The notes: generated by a model not told the origin, from the sequence alone. A stretch of 64,000 nt of DNA from Dehalococcoidia bacterium (GCA_965116415.1 OZ220693.1:831076-895075), one strand, 5' to 3'. Counted from the first letter of the stretch, positions 37,109 to 45,171 are shown. Made by a program: numbers and translations.

Positions 37109-39712
37109 ATGACATCATCTAATGAGTGGCAACTACCGACCGGTGTGCGGCCAACGCGATACGCCCTGAACCTGGAGCCCAATCTCGACACTTTCAAGTT
37201 CGATGGCTACGTGTCGATTGACGTCGAAGTCGAGGTAGCGACGTCTGAGATCGTGCTCAACAGCGCGGAACTCGATATCCACTACGCTCGAATAACTCTC
37301 GGCAGCGGCTCGTCCTATCGAGCGACCGGGGTTTCGTTGGACGAAGAGCGAGAGACGCTTACGGTCTCGTTCGACAGTCCCATCCCGGCAGGCACGGCCC
37401 AGCTCGGGATCGACTTCACCGGTGAGCTCAACGACAAGCTGCGCGGGTTCTACCGGTCGTCGTACACCGACGTGGAAGGCAACCAGCGCTGGATGGCCAC
37501 AACCCAGTTCGAGTCCACGGACGCGCGCAGGGCATTCCCTTGCTGGGACGAGCCGGCGGTCAAGGCCACGTTCGATGTCATGCTCATTGTTCCTGAGGAG
37601 CTTGAGGTCATTTCGAACACGGAGCCGGTCACTACCACTGTCGGCGCCAGTGGCAAGAAGTCCGTACGTTTCGCGGAGACGCCGATAATGTCCACGTATC
37701 TGCTCGCGTTCATCGTGGGCGATCTGGCATGTGTCGAGGACAGGACTGAGGACGGCGTCCTGATGCGCGTGTGGGCGACGCGAGGCAACGAGGACAAGGG
37801 CCAGTTTGCGCTCGAAACGTCGATAGACCTGCTGGACTACTTCCACCAGTACTTCGGAGTCCCCTACCCGCTTTCCAAGTTGGACCACATCGCAATCCCG
37901 GACTTTGCCGCAGGAGCTATGGAGAACTGGGGGGCCATTACGTACAGGGAGGTGGCGCTTCTTGTCGACCCCGAGAACAGTTCGGCCGGAACACGCGAGA
38001 TCGTCGCGGCAATTGTATCGCACGAGATGGCGCACCAGTGGTTTGGCAATCTCGTGACCATGGAGTGGTGGGACGACCTGTGGCTCAACGAGAGCTTTGC
38101 GTCGTGGATGGGCGACAAGGCCGTCGACTACCTGCATCCCGAGTGGGAGATGTGGACACAGTTCCTGACCCACGACACCGGCTCCGCTCTCAACCTCGAC
38201 GGACTACGCAACTCGCACCCTATCGAGCAGGAAGTTGGCAATCCGGCAGAGATCGGGCAGCTCTTCGACGCCATAAGCTACTCCAAGGGCGGCTCTATCC
38301 TGAGGATGCTGGAACACTACCTCGGGGCAGACGACTTCCAGAAGGGTCTCCAGATATACATCAAGCGTCACGAGTACGCGAACGCACGCACGCGCGACCT
38401 GTGGAACGCGCTCGGCGAGGCATCGGGCGAGCCAGTTGCCGAGATCATGGACACCTGGACGTCGCAGACCGGGTATCCGGTGTTGGACACCACTATCTCC
38501 CGATCTGAGGACACCATTGACGTCGGCCTTTCGCAGTCGCGGTTCCTGTACGATGACGTACTCGGGGGCAGTGACGGAGACGATACGATCTGGAAAGTCC
38601 CCATCACGGCACGCACTGCCTCAAATGCCGACCCAGTGCGCGAGCTTATGGACGCGCCAGAGGCGACTCTCAGCCTGAAACCCGCGTCGTTCGGACAGGG
38701 CGACGAGTGGATCAAGGTCAACCCCGGGCAATCCGGCTTCTATCGAGTCAAGTATTCGGACGATGAGATCGAGCGCCTCAAGGCACCGATCAGGAGTCTG
38801 ACGCTTCCGGCCCAGGACAGGCTCGGGCTGAACTCCGACGCTTACGCGCTGGCTAAGGCAGGGCACATACCGGCGTCAGCGTACCTTAACCTCGCCGAAG
38901 CTTACTCCAACGAGACCGACCCGTCGGTTGCCAGCGACCTTGCGGCGTCGCTGAATGCTCTCGACAACCTGCTGTCTGACGAAGCCTTCTACACAGCCTA
39001 CCAGGCTTTTGGGCGAAGCATATTCAAGCCCATCGGCGAACGCGCAGGCTGGGATGCCAAGTCCGGTGAGGGGCACAGGGATGTTCTGCTCAGGTCGACA
39101 GCGCTCGGGCAGCTCGGACGATTCGACGATGCTGAGACTCTCGACGAAGCGGGAAGGCGATTCCAGAGCTACCGAGAGGATCCTGCAACGGTGCCTGCCG
39201 ACCTCAGGTCCGTGACGTTCTCGATGGCTGCCAAACAGGGTGGCCGCGGCCTCTACGACACGATGTGGGAACTGGAGCAGCGGGCGACACTTCAGGAAGA
39301 GAAGATGCGCCTGCTCGGTGCGCTGTGCAACTTCGACGACCAGGCGCTTCTCCAACAGACGCTGGACAGGTCTCTCGACGACGACTACGTTCGAAGTCAG
39401 GACACCATCAGGGTGATGGTTTCGGTTGCCTCGAATCGACAGGGCCGCGACCTTGCCTGGCAGTTCCTGAAGGACAACTGGGACGAGTTCGACCGTCGCT
39501 ACGGCGAGGGAGGATTCGCCATCATGAGACTCGTTAGCATCTCCTCGCTGTTCACCACAGAGGAGAAGCGCCAGGAGGTCGAGGAGTTCTTCGCGGCCAA
39601 TCCAGTACCATCGGCAGATCGGACGATACGTCAGGGTCTGGAACGCATGGCCATCAACATCGCATGGATGGACAGGAATCGCGAGGACCTGGCGCGCTGG
39701 CTGGTAGCCTAG
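37109..39712 (+). CDS. pepN: M1-family aminopeptidase (aminopeptidase N-like)
   Basis: 867 aa. Contains the GAMENWG exopeptidase motif, the HEMAHQWFGNLVTMEWWDDLWLNESFA zinc motif and an ERAP1-like C-domain. Confidence 0.92.
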   Translation: MTSSNEWQLPTGVRPTRYALNLEPNLDTFKFDGYVSIDVEVEVATSEIVLNSAELDIHYARITLGSGSSYRATGVSLDEERETLTVSFDSPIPAGTAQLGIDFTGELNDKLRGFYRSSYTDVEGNQRWMATTQFESTDARRAFPCWDEPAVKATFDVMLIVPEELEVISNTEPVTTTVGASGKKSVRFAETPIMSTYLLAFIVGDLACVEDRTEDGVLMRVWATRGNEDKGQFALETSIDLLDYFHQYFGVPYPLSKLDHIAIPDFAAGAMENWGAITYREVALLVDPENSSAGTREIVAAIVSHEMAHQWFGNLVTMEWWDDLWLNESFASWMGDKAVDYLHPEWEMWTQFLTHDTGSALNLDGLRNSHPIEQEVGNPAEIGQLFDAISYSKGGSILRMLEHYLGADDFQKGLQIYIKRHEYANARTRDLWNALGEASGEPVAEIMDTWTSQTGYPVLDTTISRSEDTIDVGLSQSRFLYDDVLGGSDGDDTIWKVPITARTASNADPVRELMDAPEATLSLKPASFGQGDEWIKVNPGQSGFYRVKYSDDEIERLKAPIRSLTLPAQDRLGLNSDAYALAKAGHIPASAYLNLAEAYSNETDPSVASDLAASLNALDNLLSDEAFYTAYQAFGRSIFKPIGERAGWDAKSGEGHRDVLLRSTALGQLGRFDDAETLDEAGRRFQSYREDPATVPADLRSVTFSMAAKQGGRGLYDTMWELEQRATLQEEKMRLLGALCNFDDQALLQQTLDRSLDDDYVRSQDTIRVMVSVASNRQGRDLAWQFLKDNWDEFDRRYGEGGFAIMRLVSISSLFTTEEKRQEVEEFFAANPVPSADRTIRQGLERMAINIAWMDRNREDLARWLVA

Positions 39713-40479
39713 ACCTGCATCAGGAAGTCGACTCGGAGTCGACCCGGTCTGGACATTCGCCGGTAGAGGCTCGTCCAGTCAGTGTCGCGGAGCGGCTGTG
39801 GAAGGCGGCTCTGGACATCATATTCCCAATTGCATGCCTGGGATGTGGCGCACATGGGCGTTTTATCTGCCCTGACTGTGCGGATCGGATGCCGAAGCTG
39901 GAGCGGCCATTCTGCACGGTGTGCGCCAACCCCGGCGCGGGCGGAATATGCTCCTGGTGTCACGCACATGCGCCCTCAATTGACGCCATTCGTTCGCCGT
40001 ATCTCTATGTGCCGAGCAGCCCCATCTACAGGGCGATCACATCGTTGAAATACGGTGGGATGCGAAGTGTCGCGCCCGAGATGGCTGAGCTTCTGCACTC
40101 GTTTTGGAGCAGTCGTCGCTCGGCAGATCCGGACGTCATCGTGCCGGTCCCAAGTCATAGCTCGCGAGTCAGACAGCGAGGATATGCTCAGGCATCTCTG
40201 ATTGCCGACGAACTTGCCAGCAGGATGAACGTGCCGGTTAGCACCGACACGTTGGCAAGGGTCATTAACGCGCCATCCCAGCTAGAGACCGAATCGCGAG
40301 AGGACCGGTGGACCAACGTCCAGCGTGGCTTCAGGGCAGAGTCTCAAGTAGAAGGCGCTAACGTGCTTCTGGTAGACGACCTGGTGACTACAGGTTCGAC
40401 AGCCTCTGCGTGCGCCGCCGCGTTGAAGGTGGCTGGCGCACGCAGAGTCATCTGCTTGTCGGTCGCGCGGGCGCCTTAG
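39664..40479 (+). CDS. ComF-family phosphoribosyltransferase-domain protein
   Basis: Contains an N-terminal double CxxC (CLGCG...CPDC, CTVC...CSWC) and the PRTase motif VLLVDDLVTTGSTA. The start is uncertain. The ATG at 39664 overlaps pepN by 49 nt, and downstream the only in-frame candidates are CTG codons. Confidence 0.8.
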   Translation: MDGQESRGPGALAGSLDLHQEVDSESTRSGHSPVEARPVSVAERLWKAALDIIFPIACLGCGAHGRFICPDCADRMPKLERPFCTVCANPGAGGICSWCHAHAPSIDAIRSPYLYVPSSPIYRAITSLKYGGMRSVAPEMAELLHSFWSSRRSADPDVIVPVPSHSSRVRQRGYAQASLIADELASRMNVPVSTDTLARVINAPSQLETESREDRWTNVQRGFRAESQVEGANVLLVDDLVTTGSTASACAAALKVAGARRVICLSVARAP

Positions 40480-40480
40480 G

Positions 40481-41347
40481 TTACACGCGGACGAACTTCG
40501 AGACCCGCTCGCCCTGGCCGATCTCGGTGACGTAGATGCTGCCGTGGGAGTCGACGCAGATTCCGTGACCGCCGATGAGGGTCCCCATTCCAGCGCCCTC
40601 GTTGCCACGCCACCGGGTGATCAGCTCGCCGTCCATGGTCCAGATGCTGACGCCGTTGCCGCCGCCCTGCTCGATGACGTAGATGATGTCATCGTGTATC
40701 CAGAGGTCCCCGGGGGCGACCATGTCGGTCCACTCTTCGATGAAATTGCCCTCGTCATCGAACAACTGCATCCTGTTGTTTTCGCGGTCGGCGATGTAGA
40801 CCCTGCTGTTCTTGTCCACCCAGACGTTGTGGAGGAGCGCAAACTCGCCCGGACCGGTGCCCTGCTTGCCCCAGGACTTGACCAGCTCACCATCGGCGGT
40901 GAACTTGTGGACGCGGTGACCTCCGTAGCCGTCAGAAACAAACATGTGGCCGTCCGGCGCTATGGCGAGTCCAGACGGCATGTTGAAGGGCATGCCCTGA
41001 AACGACGGCGAGGGCGCGAGCTTTTCGCCGAGAGTGCGGAGCGCCTCACCCCCGGGTGTGTACTCGGTGGCGATGTGGTAGTCGCGGTCGACCAGCCAGA
41101 CGTTGTCGTTCGGCGCGATGTAGATGCCGTGCGGGTTGGCGGAGAAAGTGCCCTCACCCCAGGAGCTGATGAAGTTTCCGTCCGTGTCCCAGATGGTCAA
41201 CGGATGGAGTCCCCGGCTGAAAATGTAGACCTCGTCCCTGGAGTTCACTGCGCCGTCTGAAGCTGCGCCAAACTCCCAGTACTTGGGCATGTTTGGCCAC
41301 TCGGGCACGCGTTCGTATTGAAAGTCTCCTGATCCTACGACTGCCAT
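40481..41347 (-). CDS. NHL-repeat six-bladed beta-propeller protein
   Basis: 288 aa. Contains repeated ...P.G[IV]A.D..G..[YF]V.D..N.R[IV]..F... units. Confidence 0.75.
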   Translation of the reverse strand: MAVVGSGDFQYERVPEWPNMPKYWEFGAASDGAVNSRDEVYIFSRGLHPLTIWDTDGNFISSWGEGTFSANPHGIYIAPNDNVWLVDRDYHIATEYTPGGEALRTLGEKLAPSPSFQGMPFNMPSGLAIAPDGHMFVSDGYGGHRVHKFTADGELVKSWGKQGTGPGEFALLHNVWVDKNSRVYIADRENNRMQLFDDEGNFIEEWTDMVAPGDLWIHDDIIYVIEQGGGNGVSIWTMDGELITRWRGNEGAGMGTLIGGHGICVDSHGSIYVTEIGQGERVSKFVRV

Positions 41348-41389
41348 TTCGATTCACCTCACTTGTCGAATAGCTTAGGAAGCAGGGCG

Positions 41390-41418
41390 ATTGTATTTTG
41401 CACCGGGTGCATGGTCAA
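41390..41418 (-). promoter_or_regulatory. sigma70-type promoter for the NHL-repeat gene
   Basis: On the minus strand: TTGACC (41418-41413), a 17-nt spacer, TACAAT (41395-41390). It lies about 45 nt upstream of the ATG. Confidence 0.5.
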
Positions 41419-41606
41419 CCTGAGTTGCGGGTACGGGGTCCTGAACTGAAACTGATGAACAGGATTCGACCAAAGTCAAGCAATTTCGGAAAATTCTCAA
41501 GGGTGTTATATATTTAACTTGACAACGAGACTCACAACACAGGCTGCTTCTCACTCATTTGGGAGAATCCGCGTTAGCCGCTAGTGGCTGGCGGACGAAT
41601 CAGCAA

Positions 41607-41828
41607 TCAGATATGAGAAAACTGCGCTGACAGCCAGCCGCACTCCTCGCTGAGGGACCCAAGACGGCGTTGAATCTCTTCGAGGTCCTTAGCTATGCTG
41701 ACCAGTTTGGGGTCAATCTGAGGAGCCTGGGGATCGCGTACTGGCACCGGCTCAAGAAGCTCACGTACTTCTGCCACCTTTCTAGCGGCCTCGTTGTATC
41801 GCTGTTCCAGAACTGCGAATCTCTCCAT
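41607..41828 (-). CDS. hypothetical 73-aa helical/coiled-coil protein
   Basis: The internal ATG at 41828 is preceded by AAGGGAG. The sequence is MERFAVLEQRYNEAARKVAEVRELLE... It is the last gene of a three-gene small-ORF operon. I recognise no family. Confidence 0.45.
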   Translation of the reverse strand: MERFAVLEQRYNEAARKVAEVRELLEPVPVRDPQAPQIDPKLVSIAKDLEEIQRRLGSLSEECGWLSAQFSHI

Positions 41829-41874
41829 GGGTACTCCCTTGACCGAGAATCTTGCCCTGCTGAGTAACACACTA

Positions 41875-42084
41875 TCAGATGCGGTAGTCCACAAGCCAAG
41901 TTGTCAGGGTCTCGATTCGCTGTGGCTCCTGCTCGATAATCAGTCCGTAGGCGCAGTCTAGGCAGAGCTGTCTGCTAGCTGTACCTTCCAGTCTCCGATC
42001 TAGGTGCAGGTCTTCCCTGCACTCAGTACGGATGTGGTAGACCGTGCCTCCAGCAGTGTGCCAAGGGGCGGCGACCGTAGCCAT
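41875..42084 (-). CDS. hypothetical 69-aa Cys/His-containing protein
   Basis: Its start overlaps the stop of the upstream Pmp3-like gene (TAATG). It contains YHIRTEC ... CLDC. I recognise no family. Confidence 0.45.
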   Translation of the reverse strand: MATVAAPWHTAGGTVYHIRTECREDLHLDRRLEGTASRQLCLDCAYGLIIEQEPQRIETLTTWLVDYRI

Positions 42085-42284
42085 TAGTTCTGCCCCCTGT
42101 TAATCATCCCCGCCATTCTCTCTGAGCGCTGGTTTGCCTTGTGCTCATTCACAACCAGCATGGCATGAATGATCCCAGGCACCCAGAGCAGAAGGGTCAG
42201 GCCGACATTCAGAAGGGCTGAAAAGGGTCGTCCTGTACATAGGACAGCGACCGGCGGTAGTACGATTGCCAGCAAATACAGCAT
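42084..42284 (-). CDS. YqaE/Pmp3-family small membrane protein
   Basis: 66 aa from the ATG at 42284 (GGAGG upstream). MLYLLAIVLPPVAVLCTGRPFSALLNVGLTLLLWVPGIIHAMLVV matches the Pmp3 pattern (LPP..V......N..LT...W.PG.IHA). The ORF-track N-terminal extension is rejected. Confidence 0.7.
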   Translation of the reverse strand: MLYLLAIVLPPVAVLCTGRPFSALLNVGLTLLLWVPGIIHAMLVVNEHKANQRSERMAGMINRGQN

Positions 42285-42290
42285 CTTGGA

Positions 42291-42372
42291 GCCTCCTCGT
42301 GGCGTGGATTGGCTGTACTCGCCACAAGTCCCACCGCTCCGTGTATACCGCGAGGAGGCACGAAAACGTGCC
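42291..42372 (-). promoter_or_regulatory. possible SD-sequestering leader structure upstream of the Pmp3-like operon
   Basis: On the mRNA (minus) strand, GCCUCCUCG (42359-42351) is perfectly complementary to the SD region CGAGGAGGC (42299-42291). An alternative hairpin GGCACG-UUUU-CGUGCC (42372-42357) overlaps the anti-SD by 3 nt. Confidence 0.3.
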
Positions 42373-42516
42373 TTTCCACGCCTGCATACACGCATGGAGT
42401 TGTGGGCTGTGGCGAGCCATGCCCAAACCTTGCCAGTGGCGGGGCTTGTTGTCAAGCTGAGGCGGCCTTAAAACTCACCTAACGCGATCCTGTGCTAAAC
42501 TTGTCAGCAGCACATT

Positions 42517-42553
42517 GAAAATACAAAGACCCCAGTGTTGGCGCACTGGGGTC
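42517..42553 (-). terminator. intrinsic terminator (minus strand)
   Basis: On the minus strand: GACCCCAGUG-CGCCAA-CACUGGGGUC (10-bp stem), followed by UUUGUAUUUUC. Confidence 0.6.
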
Positions 42554-42611
42554 AATCCGTCGGACAACGTGGGCTGTCGTGTCCTGTTGCGTAAGTATAG
42601 CACAGATTTTT

Positions 42612-42648
42612 GAGGCCCTCGTCGGACAGTGACGAGGGCCTCTTTTAT
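42612..42648 (+). terminator. intrinsic terminator (plus strand) abutting the tRNA-like gene
   Basis: Perfect 12-bp stem GAGGCCCTCGTC / GACGAGGGCCTC with loop GGACAGT, followed by TTTTAT. The tRNA-like element starts at the very next base. Confidence 0.6.
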
Positions 42649-42742
42649 GCGGAGCGTAACCCCAGCAGGTGCTGGGCGCGGCTTGAGAAGCCGCTGGATG
42701 CTGCGAGAACAGGATTGGGGTTCGATACCCCTACGCTCCGCT
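42649..42742 (+). tRNA. non-canonical tRNA-like gene (Sec/allo-tRNA-type architecture, anticodon GAG, no encoded CCA)
   Basis: 94 nt. Acceptor GCGGAGCGTA pairs with TACGCTCCGC (9-10 bp). The T arm is GGGG-TTCGATA-CCCC (4 bp). The D arm is CCCAGC-AGGT-GCTGGG (6 bp, 4-nt loop). The anticodon arm is GCGGC-TTGAGAA-GCCGC. The variable arm is about 22 nt and the discriminator is T. A canonical 7/5 cloverleaf cannot be drawn. Confidence 0.55.
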
Positions 42743-42818
42743 CTAGTTCAATTGTAAGCTAGGGCTTGACAAGAAACAACCTCATGGTGCGCCTAGAACA
42801 TACCCCAGGAGCTAACCC

Positions 42819-42983
42819 ATGCACCCACTTGTGATAGGCTTAATTGCAGTCTTGGTCATAGGACTATCCCTATTAGGCCTTGCCGTTGCATCACAATTCG
42901 GATACGGACTCATAGGAGCACTTGCAGGACTAGTCGCGGGAGCTGTCATTGCACTAGTTGTCATGGCATACGCCGGAAGGTAG
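42819..42983 (+). CDS. hypothetical 54-aa hydrophobic (two-TM, Gly-zipper-like) peptide
   Basis: Not in the ORF track because it is under 60 aa. AGGAG lies 8 nt upstream of the ATG at 42819. The sequence is MHPLVIGLIAVLVIGLSLLGLAVASQFGYGLIGALAGLVAGAVIALVVMAYAGR*. Codon usage is AT-richer than in neighbouring genes. Confidence 0.35.
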   Translation: MHPLVIGLIAVLVIGLSLLGLAVASQFGYGLIGALAGLVAGAVIALVVMAYAGR

Positions 42984-44015
42984 CTGACACGCCAATGTGC
43001 GGGTGAACTAGAGATCGCTCCTGCCTAGAACATCACCAACTGAGCGCCGTCCGGCGGCTCGTGACCGATCAGCACCTGGTACTTGAGACGCTTGTCCAAC
43101 ATAGCCACAACCAGATTAGCCATCTGGTCGATGGTATCCAGGGGTCGCCAGTTGTGCCGATGCTCGAACTCGGACACGTACCGGGCTAGATGCTTGGCGC
43201 TGAACCAGTGGTAGATGCCCTGATACCCACGCTTCATCTGCGCCCAGAACGATTCCATGCCGTTCGTGCTTGCCATACCCCTGACGTACTCACCAGCACT
43301 GTGATTGACAGTCTCGTGCTCCCGAGCAATCCCGCTGTAGCCTCCCCAGCTGTCCGTGTAGACCACAGTATCCTCATAGGTCCTGGACTCTACAAAACGA
43401 TGCAGTGTTCGCTGAGACGCATCGGGTACGGGAGCCGCTGACACCTGATGGCTGTATCGGTCCCTGATGCCGACTACAGCAATGTGACCTTGGACTCCCC
43501 GTCCGATTCCGCCTCCCCGTTCTCGTCGCCTTCGGGCGTGCATGGAACGGGCTCGCCCACCAACATAAGTCTCATCTGCTTCGACAGGTCCACGAAACAT
43601 CGGGTCGTCGGACCGCATTGCCTCCCGTATCCTGTGCTGCATGAACCATGCGCTCTTTTGAGTGATGCCCAGGTCACGGTGTAGCTTCATTGACGACACA
43701 CCCTTGAGGTTCGTCATCATCTGGTAGATCGCTATGGCCCACTTCTGGTAGCCGATCTTCGAGGACTCCATGACAGTGCCGAGCTTCGCGGAGAAATACT
43801 TCCGACAATCACCGCACCAGTATGGCATGGGCTTGGAGTTCTCGACCGGAGACGTGACTGTGCTCCCACACCTGGGGCAAGCCCTTCCGTCCGGCCAGCG
43901 GATGCTCTCGAACCATGCCCGTGCTTGCTCTTCGTCCGGGAACATGTCAAACAACTGGACGAGCGATATGCCGTCCCTCTCTTCTCTGCCTGCCACTGCC
44001 CTGGCTCCTCTTCTA
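42984..44015 (-). mobile_element. IS1595-family insertion sequence; ends not resolved
   Basis: Defined only by the transposase gene. I could not find convincing terminal inverted repeats or target duplications by eye, so the boundaries are approximate. Confidence 0.45.
43025..43996 (-). CDS. IS1595-family transposase (N-terminal zinc-ribbon plus ISXO2-like DDE domain)
   Basis: 323 aa. Contains FPDEEQARAWFESIRWPDGRACPRCGS ... YWCGDCRKYFSAKLGTVMESSKIGYQKW ... SSMKLHRDLGITQKSAWFMQHRIREAM and D...D...E spacing in the C-terminal half. Confidence 0.85.
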   Translation of the reverse strand: MAGREERDGISLVQLFDMFPDEEQARAWFESIRWPDGRACPRCGSTVTSPVENSKPMPYWCGDCRKYFSAKLGTVMESSKIGYQKWAIAIYQMMTNLKGVSSMKLHRDLGITQKSAWFMQHRIREAMRSDDPMFRGPVEADETYVGGRARSMHARRRRERGGGIGRGVQGHIAVVGIRDRYSHQVSAAPVPDASQRTLHRFVESRTYEDTVVYTDSWGGYSGIAREHETVNHSAGEYVRGMASTNGMESFWAQMKRGYQGIYHWFSAKHLARYVSEFEHRHNWRPLDTIDQMANLVVAMLDKRLKYQVLIGHEPPDGAQLVMF

Positions 44016-44291
44016 CTACTCTTCTTTACCGTCTAACTCGAATCGTAACCTCACAGGATTACGTCGCTGTACTAAGACAGTCTGCATTGCTTGCAGCAAC
44101 TCGTGTGTCTCACTGTACGCTTCCCCATTTGTCCAATTCCTGTTGCAGGATGGGCACATTTTGATCGGCTTGGTGCATTCATTCAGAGGCCTTACAACCT
44201 CGGCCTTACAATCATCCCAACCACACCGATACCGCACTGCCTGGATGTCATCCAGCCCAAACACGATCTTGCTTTCCTTCATAACGCTCAT
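44016..44291 (-). CDS. hypothetical 91-aa protein with a CxxC-type pair (C..DC ... CPSC)
   Basis: Internal ATG at 44291 (MSVMKESKIVFGLDDIQAVRYRCGWDDCKAEVV...CPSCNRNW...). It stops 20 nt from the transposase start. The region is AT-rich. I recognise no family. Confidence 0.4.
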   Translation of the reverse strand: MSVMKESKIVFGLDDIQAVRYRCGWDDCKAEVVRPLNECTKPIKMCPSCNRNWTNGEAYSETHELLQAMQTVLVQRRNPVRLRFELDGKEE

Positions 44292-44484
44292 CGTGGGTCC
44301 CCTCGGCTGGACGCCTTGGGAAACCCAGCCTCCTTGGTTGGATTTGTCTATGCCCCAATTGTACCTGAGACAAGGCACTTTGTCAAGTTATCTACGTAAC
44401 TTTGGAAGGACGACACTTGACGTTGTGCTATGCTCTGGCAACTAAAAAGACCCTCTGCAAACGAGGGTCAGAACAGGACTTGAT

Positions 44485-44757
44485 ATGCACGAACTACTGA
44501 AGCAATTGGCTATCAAATGGCAGGAGGCCGCTGGCAATCTGGAGGGTTATACATCCCACAACGAGTTTGGGAGAACCGTTCCATTGCTATTGAGGTTGAG
44601 CCTTACAGCCGAGGGCGAGTTACATCTAGAGGTCATAGCTGAGTCTGATGTTTTTGGAACTCACCATGCTGGTGAACTACTCAACGCTTCGTCAGATATG
44701 GAGTCCCCTGCTATACCGACAGCTTCTGTGACGATTCCGCCAGAGACTCTTTTCTAA
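44485..44757 (+). CDS. hypothetical 90-aa protein
   Basis: ORF with an ATG start in the AT-rich islet, divergent from 44016..44291. I recognise no motif. Confidence 0.35.
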   Translation: MHELLKQLAIKWQEAAGNLEGYTSHNEFGRTVPLLLRLSLTAEGELHLEVIAESDVFGTHHAGELLNASSDMESPAIPTASVTIPPETLF

Positions 44758-44929
44758 CAGGCAGAAGTCCAGATCGACGACGCACTTCGGTTATAGATAG
44801 AACTTCGTCTTTGATGGATAGCTCTTTTTGCACCCCAGCCCCCTTTTCACCTTGTCCTACTACCCATTCTCTGCCCTCTCACGTCGGTTTGTCAACTTTT
44901 GTATATAAGTTCCATTCTCAAATAAAGTA

Positions 44930-44956
44930 TTGACAAGTGCCCAAAACAGGTATATT
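44930..44956 (+). promoter_or_regulatory. strong sigma70-type promoter driving the structured RNA
   Basis: TTGACA (44930-44935) and TATATT (44951-44956; spacer 15-17 nt depending on register), preceded by an A/T-rich UP-like stretch AAATAAAGTA. Confidence 0.6.
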
Positions 44957-44965
44957 CTTAATTTT

Positions 44966-45171
44966 GCCCCAAGTGGTTGAGGCTAACGATTCAGCGGAGC
45001 GGTTACAGCAGGCGGGACGCCGCAGGTTGCGCTCTCAGAGTCGGAAGGTCCGGCCCCCGAACGAGCAGGCAGTGCGTTGCAGGCTCACGGGAGTTGGATC
45101 CTGGAGGCTGGTAGCGTCGGTGACGCATCGCAGGCGCGGACGCTGGTCTCGAGGGCGAGGTCACTTGGGGC
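44966..45171 (+). ncRNA. candidate structured small RNA of about 205 nt, class unknown (closed-rod, 6S-like overall shape)
   Basis: The 5' GCCCCAAGTGG (44966-44976) pairs with the 3' TCACTTGGGGC (45161-45171). Several internal GC-rich hairpins are present. The element follows the promoter and is followed by TTTGTATTT. There is no credible ORF, and it converges on hpt, so it is not a 5' leader. Confidence 0.5.

Noticed and set aside
37133-38173. 346-aa ORF on the minus strand
   Set aside because: It is antisense to the catalytic half of the M1 aminopeptidase (GAMEN/HEXXH are present on the + strand).
40544-41260. 238-aa ORF on the plus strand
   Set aside because: It is antisense to the NHL-repeat gene, whose repeat structure supports the minus-strand frame.
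42649-42742. Reading the tRNA-like element on the minus strand (anticodon CTC)
   Set aside because: Only the plus strand gives a canonical T loop (TTCGATA) and U33. The minus-strand version would have TATCGAA in the T-loop position.
42766-42799. TTGACA at 42766-42771 as a promoter for the 54-aa hydrophobic ORF
   Set aside because: No acceptable -10 hexamer lies at a 16-18 nt spacing. TAGAAC is 22 nt away and CATGGT is 11 nt away.
42984-44110. Terminal inverted repeats or target-site duplication for the IS1595 element, and a duplicated tRNA 3' end marking an integrative island
   Set aside because: By-eye comparison of both flanks found no match of 12 bp or more. The string TTCGATACCCC / CGCTCCGC does not recur between 43000 and 45300.
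44966-45171. Assignment of the structured RNA to RNase P, SRP (4.5S), tmRNA or a known riboswitch
   Set aside because: GGAAGGUCCGG resembles the RNase P P4 strand only loosely. The 3' P4 partner (ACAGAACCCGGCUUA-like) and the required length are missing. The SRP GGAA-GGAAGCAGC motif and the tmRNA tRNA-like ends are absent. The B12, TPP, FMN, M-box and c-di-GMP cores that I remember do not fit.
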